The notes under the pieces were generated by a model, which searched no databases, was not told the DNA's origin, and worked only from the letters and a program-made list of their open reading frames with translations. A program made the translations under genes and the position numbers. From Vicugna vicugna (Eukaryota), in the NCBI GenBank assembly GCA_013265495.1, contig MU058636.1, positions 124,001-188,000 of the forward strand: a stretch of 64,000 nt of DNA, in the 5' to 3' direction. Shown here one piece after another: positions 25,561-37,000 of this stretch (its first letter is position 1; the number at the start of each line of letters is the position of its first letter).

Positions 25561-25789
25561 GGATGTCACTGAAGCCCCTCTCCCCACCCGTGGACAGCAC
25601 CAAATTTCAATACTTCCTCGTTAGTCTGAGCTGCAGTTCGGCTCCCAAGAATCCATTCCACGGAAATAATCAGGTGTATTTAGTGTAGCCTTATTTGAAT
25701 CGATCACAATCTCCAATATGGTGAGATTAGTTATTTAAAGTGGGGTATGGCCCTACACTGTTATTACCAGCATCCCTTAACAATTACGG

Positions 25790-26910
25790 GATGCGTCCTA
25801 ACAAGTAAAAGCTGAACAAACTGAAAAATCAACAACTTTTCGTAAGAAACTCTAGTTGAGAAGTGAGATCACAGGGCAAACCACTGATCCCCGAATTAAA
25901 GGAAACAAGCAAATATCAGAGAACAACAGGTTATGGGAACAGAAATCCACAGGCGCACCCTCCCTGGGAAGCAGTGCTGGGCAGTTTCTTTGAGCCAGTA
26001 CATCCTGTCCGACTATCTGGAAAACATCACATGACAAACTAAAAGGCAAAAAAACAAAAAACCCCACAGAGTTTGAAGAGACAAAGCAAGCATCAAAGCC
26101 AGTCTTAGATATGGTGGGGATGTTGAAATTATCAGGATGGGAATTTAAAACAATTATGATCAAAAGGCTAAGGGCTCTAATGGGTAAAGTAGACAGATTG
26201 CAAGAGCAGATGGGCAGTGTGACCAGGGAGATGGCAATTCTAAGAAAGAACCAAAAAGAAATGGTGTGGATAAAATCCACTGTAACAGAAATGAAGAATG
26301 CCTTTGATGGGCTTCTGAAAAGGATGGACATGACTGAGGAAAGGATTTCTGAGCTTGAGGATATAGCAATAAAAATCTCCTAAACTAAAAAAGCAAGAAG
26401 AAAACAGATGGACAAAAACAGAATATCCAAGAACAGTGAACATCTACAAAAGGGGTAACATCCATGTAATGGGAGTATCTAAAGGTGAAGAAAGAGAGAA
26501 AGGAACAGAAAAAAATTTGAAACAACAATGACTGAGAATTTCCCCCAAATTAACATCACGCACCAAACATTTCCTCAGAGAACACCAAGCAGGATGAATG
26601 CCAGAAAAACTGCATATCATTCTCAAATTCTGGAAAATCAAAGATAAAGAAAAAAAATCCTGAAGAAGCCAGGAGGAATAAACCTTTATCTACAGAGGAG
26701 CAAAGAAAAGAGTTACATCCGAATTCTCTTCAGAGAGCATGCAAGCAGGAAGCATGGAGTGAAATATTTAAAGCATTGACAGGAAAAAAAAAATCCACCA
26801 ACCTAGAATTCTATACCCTGTGAAATGCTTATGTATAAGTGAAATTAGTGACAGCATTGATGTCAGGGGCAGGAGGGAAGAGTTAGAATTATTTCATTAT
26901 AAAGTATTCA
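25790..26910 (+). mobile_element. Old L1M 5' region / ORF1 relic
   Basis: ORF 26111-26383 is an L1 ORF1 coiled-coil remnant (EFKTIMIKRLRALMGKVD...TEERISELED); further frameshifted ORF1 pieces follow. Confidence 0.82.
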
Positions 26911-26913
26911 CAA

Positions 26914-27428
26914 TGTAATAGGGAAGAACAAATCTGACTCCATATTAGATCTGTTCCTTTAGTTCTAACCCTGTGCTCTGTTTCCCATGCTGAGTCATGC
27001 TGGTTCTGCACCTTTTGTAAAAGAATGTTGCCTCTATCCTGAAATACACAGGATAGATCATTCTCAAGGCTCTGACCTTTAAGGGTATAACACTTTTCCA
27101 TTTACATAGAGATAAAAAGTTGCAGAATAGAACATTACATTTGTCTTGTTGGAAGTTTACAGGGACACCATGACCTGACCCATGGGGACAGCTGCAAGAG
27201 CAAAGGATTCCAACACCAAGAAGTTTGCAACAACCAACCACATCCCCTCCCCTTTTTAGTATAAAAGGAGCCTGAATTGACTTGGGGAAGATGGTTCTCC
27301 AGGACATTAGTCTGCCATCTTCTTGGTCTGCTGGCTTTCCCAATAAAGTCATTATTCCTTGCCCCAACACCTTGTCTCCGTTTATTGGCCTGGCAGCGAG
27401 CAGAACAAGTTTGGACTCGTTAATAACA
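26914..27428 (+). mobile_element. Solo ERV (ERV1-like) LTR
   Basis: TGTAA...TAACA termini, TATAAAA 27260-27266, AATAAA 27342-27347; no clear TSD. Confidence 0.8.
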
Positions 27429-27620
27429 CTACCAACAAAGTTATGCTCTACAGGAGTATCATATAACGAAATTGTTGATGCTGAATTACTGAATGAAAAC
27501 TAAACCAGCTATATAGCGGTCAGTTCAATTTGACTATGCTTTGTAATTTTTATTTATGTCAAACAAAAAGCTTACATTTCTAAATGGTTAAGATTACAGG
27601 TGACTTTTGTCATTCTATTT

Positions 27621-27835
27621 CAGCAGTTCTGAAGTGATTTCAGCCTGGGCTGATTTGGCCCTCAGGGTTTATTTGGGAATATCTAAGAGATATTTTTGGT
27701 TGTCACAACTGGGTGTGTGTGTTGGGGGGGATGCTACTGGCGTCTAATGGGTAGAGGCTAGGTCTGGTCCTGAGCATCCTAAAAGGCACCAAACACCCAC
27801 CCTGTAACCAAGCAGAACCCTACTGTCATCAGCGA
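27621..27835. mobile_element. MER20-like DNA transposon relic
   Basis: TTTTTGGTTGTCACAACTGGG...TGCTACTGGCGTCTAATGGGTAGAGGCTAGG. Confidence 0.75.
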
Positions 27836-29331
27836 CCATATGGTATTTATGACTGCTTAACTGTGTAATAATTTAAAGGGTTTTTCTCATGCTTTTGCTG
27901 ACCAAGATTAGGCCAGAGAGGAGGGGGTTGTTGTTAGCTACGTGAAATCATGAACAGAAAACCGTAAGCACAGTAGCTGACCTCAGTAAATGCTCTATAA
28001 ATAAGCTGTACGTGTGTGTCAAGCAGAATGCATCGTAGAATCCGCAGAGGTATCTGTATCCCTGCTGATTCTGATGCTAGTTCTTTAGCACTGAGTTCAG
28101 ATGGGGTTTCTTAACAGATATAAAAAATAAGGGGAAGCAAAGTGGCTTGCGGTAGAATTTAACATCCAAATCACTTGCTTCATCCTTGGTAAGCAGCCAT
28201 TCACATAGAATAGATACATGAGTTCAAGTCTCAGTAAGTCAAAGAGGAGTATTTGAAACATGTTTTGGGATAGGATGTGATACTCTCTCCAGCTAAGGAA
28301 GGTTAAGCCAAATTCCAGTGCCCCGTGGTTCTGCTGGCTGGGCAGGGTTTAATTTGAAAGAGGCATGAAGCTTATGTCATTACCATTTTACAGCCAAGTT
28401 TTTGATTGAATAACCAAACAACTGGGCTTTCTTTGGAGTTTTATTTCTGCAGAACGTAAGGATTTAAAGTGTCTTCTTTTTGCTAACAGGACAAACAGAA
28501 GTCACATAAGATTACAAACGGTTTTTGAGATCCAGTCTTACATTTGGTGCATCTAGAGAGGCAAGTGGTAGATTGTAACACTGCGCATCAAATATTCCAG
28601 TTTCCATCTCTGTAGGGTTCCTCTCTGTGGAATTTTGGGATTTTCTGCAGCAATAACTTAAACTACTCTGCTAGATACAAGACAGAAATATTGTACTAAA
28701 GTTTCTATAAGATCAAGTTTAAAAAGTTTGTTGATTTGAGTAACTCCCCCCAAAACTCTATGTGAGTCAGATTTTCCTTTCTTTTACAAACTTAGTTTTA
28801 GATTTACAGAATTATTGCAGAGTTCCTATATACCTCAACCCTGTTTCTCTATTACGAACATGTTATTTTAACCCCTACTGTATTTTTACATGCTCTTTCC
28901 ATCCAGTTAATCTTATATGTGTTGGTAATTAACATATATGTATTTAAGTGACAGGATTTTGCTTTTACTAATTTAATTTTGGTATTCTTCAAAAGTTTTG
29001 GAAAGAATGCACAACAAAGACATAGGGAATCACTTTCTATCTTTTTACAAAAATTGTCAATCTTTTTCCTTTCCAGTGAAAGGTGTCCTATTTGTACCTA
29101 GATTTTACACTCCCAGCCTCTTACTGACCACCCCATAGTCATCTCTGATAGTAGCATTCTTTAGACCATTGAAGCTCTAAAACCCACAATTTTTTTTCTC
29201 TTCCTGTTCAATCACTATGTTTTTCTTTACACTACAGTTCATATATGTCCCTTTTCTTTCTCATTTCCATAGTGACCTCCATAGTATTTGAAATGCTGTT
29301 TAATTTTTAAACCATACAAATACAGAGATGG

Positions 29332-29675
29332 TGTTAAGTCTGCTCAAGGTGTGGTAACAAAATACCACAGACTGGATGCTCAAACAGCAGACATTTCTCA
29401 CAGTTCTGGGAGCTAAGTTCAAGACCAAGGTGCCCATGGTCAGTCTTCCCAGCTTTCAGAAGGCTGCCTTGTTTTGGCTGTGTCCTTAGAGGTGGAAGGG
29501 GTGAGTTCTCTGGTGTCTCTAATTACCAGAGAACTAACCCTATCACGAAGGCCCCACCCTCATGACCTCATCTAAACCTAATTACCTCCTCAAAGTCTCA
29601 TCTCCAAATACCATCACACTGGGGATTAGAGTTTCAACATGTGAATTCCAGAGGGACACAATTAGGTCCCTAGCG
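29332..29675. mobile_element. MLT1A-like MaLR solo LTR
   Basis: AACAAAATACCACAGACTGG...CTCATGACCTCATCTAAACCTAATTACCTC...GTTTCAACATGTGAATT. Confidence 0.8.
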
Positions 29676-29959
29676 GGGGGCAATGTCCAAGCCCAAAGCA
29701 GGAGAAAGTGCTGCATTAAGGGGACCCCTGAGCTGTTAGGTTAGAAAGTGATCGAGTGGAAGGCACTGAATGGGAGAATGAAGAGCCACTGGGTTTTTGA
29801 TCACGGCAGTGTCCCAGTGAGAATTGTTTAAGGAAAGCAAATACGGTGGAGGCTTCTAAGATGACTCCGACTGGACGAAATCGCAGGTAGGAAAACCATC
29901 TGTGGAAGTAACGGAAAAATAAGGACACACGATAGAAAGGCAGCACCCCAAACACACCA

Positions 29960-31080
29960 CCGCCGGGAATTCCTTCCTCACCCTTCCGCCCTACGCAATC
30001 TCCTCTTTACATTCCCATTTTTCTTATGTTTAAGGGTTGCTCACAGAACCCTGTCATTGTTCCCGGTTCTGTACTTTTCTCATCCCGTCCACTTTGCGGT
30101 TCCCTAGTGGACACACGAAGGTGTCCCGGCGCCCCAGCTCGGAGGCAGCCGAGGGCGGGACCCCAGGCTCCAGCCCGGAGACGCGGGCACGTCCGTGGGC
30201 TCCACCACGGCCTCGGACAGCGGGTCTGGGCCGGTTCCAAGTGTCCCGCACACAGAGCTCGGAGGCGCCCGCGCGGCCAGCCGGCCCGACGGGACTGCGG
30301 CCTGGGACCTCCCGGCCGTCGGAGTCGTGCGGAGGAGGGCGCCAGCCTTGCCAACGCCGGGCTCTGCGCATCCTCCCTGGCTGCAAGCAAGGGTAGAAGC
30401 AATAACAGACTCGATAGCCACAAGCAGAAGCTACGTCAGCACAGACGTCCAGACACACCCAAGGGCGAGGCACCATCCGAACCGGGTGGACCTCGGGGCG
30501 CCGCCCCCAGTCGTCCCAGGGCGCCTTGCGCGGCACGCCGGCCCCACCCGTCCCCTCCCAGCGGCCCCTGCGCGGCTTGCGTACTTCCGGGGCTGCGTGC
30601 GCGCGGCCGACCGACGTGCGCAGCGCTGTCTCCGCCCCCTCAGGCCTGTTCTTGCGGCCGCCTGGCTCCGGGTTCGCGCCGGGTCGGGGCTGGGCGGGAG
30701 CGATGCTTCCCGGCCTGCCTCATACTTGAGGCGGGAGCGACCTGCCTACCTCTCTGCTTGCCCACGGCGCCGAGCCGGCAGCCATGTCCGCGGGGTTCTC
30801 CTTCGGGAGCGGCACGCTGGGCTCCTCGACCGTGGCCGCCGGCGGGAGCGGCACGGGCGGCGGTTTCTCCTTCGGGACCGCGGCGTCTAGGTAACAGCAC
30901 TCTGTGGGCGGCCTCCTTCCGGGCGGCCCTGGGGGCCGGGGGCCCTGAGAGGGTAGGGGAGTCTGGGGGCGGAGGGCCTGGAGGACAGAGGAGCCTGAGG
31001 GGTCTGGGGGCAGGGGAACACCTGTTTCCACGCGAAGTCTGGGCCCAGTGCGGCCCAAGGCTGCGGCGTACGGTGAATGT
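29960..31080. promoter_or_regulatory. CpG island / NUP58 promoter and first exon
   Basis: CpG-dense; ETS-type ACTTCCGG near 30583 and NRF1-like GCGCGCG/TGCGCA motifs upstream of the ATG at 30784; boundaries approximate. Confidence 0.88.
30784..30890 (+). CDS. NUP58: NUP58 exon 1 coding part
   Basis: GCCATG Kozak; [38 protein letters not shown]|gtaaca donor. Confidence 0.95.
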
Positions 31081-34000
31081 GAAACGGATGAATGGAACTA
31101 ACTTGTGGGGTTTTAGAAGAAGATACTTAATAGGAAATTTTAAGGGAGACAATTACAGGTTTCTCCCTGATAATTGAGATGCCATTGTAGGGTATACGGT
31201 TTGGGACATTAATGATTGGTTTAATGGTGTCGTGGTTATGTTAAACGCGCTTTCAAACCTTTTGTGCCTCATGGGATCTTATCTGCCCTTTTGTTTTTTG
31301 TTTTAAATACTTGTTACAGCATTTATTGGTGATAATTTTGAACTGTATATGCAAATTAGCATATCATAGGTAACATTACTGGGTTGTAATGACTCACATT
31401 GGTGCAAAATGTAGGTACCATAGTCCTCGTTTTTGTGCGGCCTGCTACACCACCACAGTTTGGCTAGTAGACACCTAGAAAGGCGATTAAAGATTTTAAT
31501 GATGCGAGATTTAATCCTTAGAACTCAATCTTTTGAAGATAAAGGTGGAGATCAAGTCAAGAGGTTTACCGAGAACGAATTAGATCACTCCTGAAGCTTG
31601 AAGAATGTGGTTGTAAATTAACCAGGCAAAATGACATTCAGTTTTGCCTATTAAAAGGGGGAGGGTGATGGTGGTGCACAGAGTACAGTGAAGTCAGAAA
31701 TCTGGAGTTTTCCTTAATACCTCCTCTCCTCTCGCTTTGCGTGCTTCATCGGCGAGGCCTGATAATTTTAATTCTTCGGTTTCCCCTTGCTTCATTTCCA
31801 GAGCCACCACCCTGTTGCAGACTCTTGTCATTCATGGGACAAGTAGTTATTGAACACACTCCTGTGTAGTAGGCTCTCTGTTAGGCGGTAAGATGAATAA
31901 GTCCTGCTTCCCGGAAGCTTACATTCTTAGGAAAACACTTACGATTCCTGCCAGGTTCTCAATCAGTGACCTACCCTGTGTTAGAAGAAAACTGCTCCTG
32001 TCTACTTTGATTAGCTCAGTGGTATCTAAGTTGCTATCTCAACTGCTTTTCCAACTTTTTTTGCAACACTGTGGCCAGTGATTTAAAAAAAAAATTCCCT
32101 CTGCCTCCCTTCAGTGATTTTTGCCCTGTCCTTGGAATGAAGTAAAAATAAATCCTACCATGATCTGCAAGACCCAAACAGTCCAGAACCTCTTCAGACA
32201 CCCTGAGCCCAACTCATTTCAGTTTGCTCCAGTTCAGTGATCCAGACTCACTATGAAAAAATAGTATCTACAGACACACAAATAAGTAACAGAAACAGTT
32301 TCAACAGAAGACACTGCCCTTATTTCCTGCAATGCGCTTTGATATTTTTTATTTCGTTCTGTTTCATTTTTTTTTTTTAAATGCTGGTTTGTGAGCTGCT
32401 AAACTGATTTTATACTCCTCCAGTGCATCCTGATCTTGGTTTGAAAAACATTGCTCTAGCAGCTTGGGCCTCTTTCAGTTCCTCAGGTGGACTTGGCCAA
32501 ACCCCTTCCCACCTTCGGGCAGGTCCCTCTGCTTGGCATCCCCAGCCACTTCCTGTGCTGAACCTGGTGCCTGTTTTGTGGGATTCGTGCTCACTTCCCA
32601 GGGAGGCCTTTTCTGACCTGTCAGTGTAGAGGTTTCCATCCTCATGCCTGTATTATAGCACTTACCACAGTTGTAATCAGCTCATTACGTTTTTCAGTTG
32701 CCTTGTTTATTGTCTGATGCCAGCAACAAAATGTCGACTCTGTGATGGTGGAGAAATTTCATGCTAGTTTTCCCGGAGACACAGTGGAGCTCAGCACATT
32801 ATTTGTCGAATGAACAAATGATTGATTAATCTTTTTCTTTATGGTTGGAAACTTCCTGAGGGCTGATCTGAGTCTTATTTACCACTTGATCTCATCCCTG
32901 CAGCAGTGCCTGGTGTTATTATGAAAATGACTCTGATAAATACTCGTTGAATCATTGAGTAAATTATTAGCAGTGAACTAGAAGAATTTATACAGCCTTT
33001 AGAAAGCCTGAGAAATTAATAAAAGAGAAAGTCTGCCCCCTGTCCGTTGGAGTACTGGTTTGGAGGCCTGACTGCCCTTAATGCCACCTGGTGACTTGGT
33101 CTCTTTGGTATATCATTTTGGAGAGTTACTCTCCAAGCCTCAGTTCCCATATCTGGAAAAGGGGTATAGTCATAATGTTTACCTCAGAGAGTTGTTGAGT
33201 GAGATAAAGGCAGTGAAGTGTTAGCATTGGGTCTGACATTTGCTGAGTGCTCAGTAAATGCCTCCTCTTCTGTCAGCTCCTAAGTGCACATTCTGAATGG
33301 AAAGTTAAGATTCTGTTCCTGGTCTGCAGGTCTGCTCGGCTTTTCCACAGCACGCCCTGTTGAGGAACTGGCAGCTAGTGCTGGTTGAGGCAGTAATTGG
33401 TTAGGTCTGGGGGAGCTTTTGTTTCAGTAAATTTCTCTGCCACAGAGAAATTTCTCTTCTGCTTCTCTGGTAAGATTTCAGTTTGATGTGTTTCTTTGGT
33501 AATGTCTTCAACTTTATGAAGTTGTGAAACACTTCTTTGTGTCTTCGTCTATCTTGAAATGTCAAGAAACTTAAATATTTATATTTTCTTAAAATACATT
33601 TAAAACTTATTTATGAGATAGCTATAAAAACATGGGATCATTGATTTGTTTGGGAGGAAGGGGAGCATAATAAGCATTTTCATAATTTGATTCTTCAGAA
33701 TTTGCCAGTGTTCCTTAAAGTACATTTTTGATTCAGTTGATTAAGTGTTTAAAGATTTGTGCTTTAATTGTGGGTGAGACCTTGCAGCCCTGTTCTGCTA
33801 ACCCTAACCTTGTGCTTACACACCCAGGGCACGTACAGGTGTGCTTGCTTATACGGATCACTTTGAAGTCAGTGGTAGTCTAACACACAGTTAGGATACA
33901 CCCCCTCCTTCCTGCTCAGAGTTGAGGACTGATTTCAAGTTCTGCCTTCTTAGTAAGCCCCTCCCTCTCCATTCCTCCCCCAGCGACCAGCTGGTGGCAT

Positions 34001-37000
34001 ACCTTGTGCGTAGTGTGTTTGGTTGCATTTGTAAGTGCTCCTTACGATAGCAGTAGCAACAGCATTTATCGGGTGAAGCTAATTTGCCCTGTGTAATCTC
34101 TTAATCTTTACAAAAAAATCTTGCTAAATGGGTACTGTTACTCCCATTTTGCAGTTGAGGAAATAGAGGCTCAAAAAGGTTATGTCTCCCACGTGCCAGC
34201 ACGTTGGAGAGAACTCCTGTATAATCTTTGAGGTATCATATTGTTAAGGTTTTTTTTTTCATCTTTACATAATTTCTTCTCCCACCTAGAGAGAGCAAAT
34301 TTGAGCCTCTGAAGTTTGCTAAGAACAGCTGAAAAGCTGTGAATTTTGTTCACATCACTTGTTGTTAGCAGCTGCTCTTTTTAAGCTTTCAGAAACTCTG
34401 AAGAGGATTTCTGCTGATGAACGCATAGTCTTCGAAGAGGGTAGTTTTCCATCGCCACTTACTGGTGCCAGGATATGTCTGTTCTTGCCCCTCATCCCCA
34501 CCCCCAGTGATGGTAATACAGCAAGAGAGAGGTGGTGAAGACACCTTAGAATAACTTTTCTGTTTCTGGCTCTGTCTAACTTTTCTTTATGTTAGCAGTT
34601 GGGGAAGGACAGATGAATTTAGCAGTGTGAGTTGTACATGAGTAGTTCAAAAGGAAAGTAATCCACATTTATAGGATTTCCTTATGGCCATTTAAAAATA
34701 TACTAGCTTTCAAACAAAAACTGGTGAAGGCAGAATATATGTGTGACCCTGTTTATGACTTGGGATCTGAAATACTAATTGCTATAGATTATGCCTTTCT
34801 TGAAGGCTGGTACTGTATTTTTAAAGACAAATTGTACATGTGGATGTATTTTTAAAGAGAACAGAAAAATACTTGAACTTGGTTGGTTAAAGGTGAATTG
34901 TTAGTTACTTTTGTATCTTGTGGAGATGTATGAGATATGTTAAATGAAGAAAATAGCCCCAAAGAGCTAATTTTCATTTTTCTTAAATAAGTATTGGCTC
35001 CAGTAGGCTTTACTTTGTGTTTTTTGTAAACAAGCAACCCTTCTGTGGGGCTCAGTTTTGGAACTCTTGGAAGCACCACGACGCCAGCAACTACGTCTGC
35101 TCCTTCGGGTGGTTTTGGAGCTGGGCTCTTTGGATCTAAATCTGCCACTGGGTTCACTCTAGGAGGAACAAACACAGGTAAGGAGGATTGTCACATTTTC
35201 AGGGAGTAGGTTCGGGATGTTTGTTCTTTGTGCGTTCTGTCCTACGTCTCCTCCCTTTACAAGGATCGTCGTCAGTGGTAGCCCTAAACGATGTAGAGAG
35301 ATGAAAAGAAGTACAGGGATGTGGGATTGAGGGCCAGAAATGGGCCCAGCCGTTACCTATGACTTACATTACTATAAGAAAGGAAAACACACACGTACAT
35401 TTAAGAATTAAAGGAGATAAATCTCTTTAAATACAATGGATTAAAGTAATTAAAATTTTATGTTAGATTATAGAATGCAGTGTTTTACCTTAGTGAAGAT
35501 TATGTCAGATTGACAATTTGGACATTAATTAATTCAGCATAGATGGGATAACCGGCTTCCTATTTTGCTATAACATCATAATTTACATCCCTAAGAGATG
35601 TTTTAAATTTTTTATTATTAAAACAATTGTTTCACAAGAAAAAGGGTAAGATATAAAGGTTTCTGGTGGACATTTCGGTAATGAAAAGTTTTTAAAGTAC
35701 AGGTAATTTGTTACTAGGAGCCAGAAACATGTTTCCCTGGAGCCACTATTTTCAAAGTTTGCTTCCTTATTCACATTCAGCGTGTGCCCTCAGGCCTCTT
35801 GGTGTCTGTGACCACCTTTGGCCTTGAGCTCCCAGCCTTGGTGGCAGCGCTTCCCCGGCCGCGCAGGAGCCGCCCGGAGCCCAGCAGTTGCCTCTCCAGA
35901 TAGTGCTGGTGTTCTGCTTGTAGAAGCTTTTTTCCCTCCTTGCCTCATTTTGTTATAGGCAATAGTTGTTCGCATTTTACATCCCTCATTCCCTGATTTA
36001 TCGGGTTGCATACAGTTTGTAGTAGGAACCCCAGTGCTGCAGGAGAGCACGTGTGCGGGCAGTGGTGATGGCGGAACAGACGCGCTCCCTCCCAGTCCTC
36101 CTAGCAGGGTTACCCGCCCTGAAGGGGCTCCAAGTCTCGCGCTCATGGCAAACCAGAGAATGCCATCTTCTGTCGATGATTACATTTTATTTCTCTTTTT
36201 GTCCCCAGCAATAGCAACAGCTTTAGCCATAGGATTAACTCTGGGTAAGGATTTTTGAGGAAAGAGCCCACATCTGTGTTTCCTACTCTTCTCTTCCCTG
36301 ATGTCTCACAGGGCTGGGGTGCAGAGGAGAGCAAGTGAGGAACTGAATGTAGGTCACAGATTCCCGCTTCTCGAAGAACCTCTCCGCATTTGAGTTTTTT
36401 AAAAAAATCAACAACTATATAATGCTTTTTAAATTCAGAAATAATTTTAAATACTGAAATGATTTTTCTGTAGAAATTTATTTCATAATACATTTTTTCA
36501 GTCGTTTAAGCCCTTTTAGTGGAAAAAGCACCAAACTTCAGTCCGGAAGCCTTGGAATGAAGCCCTGGTTGTGTCTCTAAGTAGTTGTGAGGCCTCAGCT
36601 GCCAGATGCAACATGACTGTCCTTTAGTTACCTATAACATGAGGATATTGGACTAAAAAGTATGGTTTCCCTTCCAGCCCCAAAACCTGCTAGTTCTCTG
36701 TAGTGATGTGCTGCAGGGAATGTGAGTAACCAGGTCACCACTGCCCTGACCTGGAGGACGGGAAGTGACGTGAAAGGGTGAGAGGACAATGAGGGAACTC
36801 AGTTGAAATTAATTAAACTTCAATTAAAAGTTGAAATACATTAAAGTTTGGTGACCTTTCTTCCCTTGGATGCTACTTACCTGTTATCAACAGAAAACAC
36901 GTCTGTTTAGCACCAAAAGTTAGGGCAGAATTGGGTGTAATACACGTAATTCTGGTAAAAAGGATTAATTTTTTAAACAGGCACGCCGGCCACCACACCT

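Noticed and set aside
24581..25688. Long overlapping ORFs (340, 245, 238, 178 aa) at the MTMR6 5' end, including an in-frame N-terminal extension
   Set aside because: Expected in a stop-poor CpG island; low-complexity R/G/P/A translations; the extension probably begins upstream of the TSS
30007..31177. ORFs up to 383 aa around NUP58 exon 1
   Set aside because: CpG-island artefacts; only 30784-30890 fits the spliced gene
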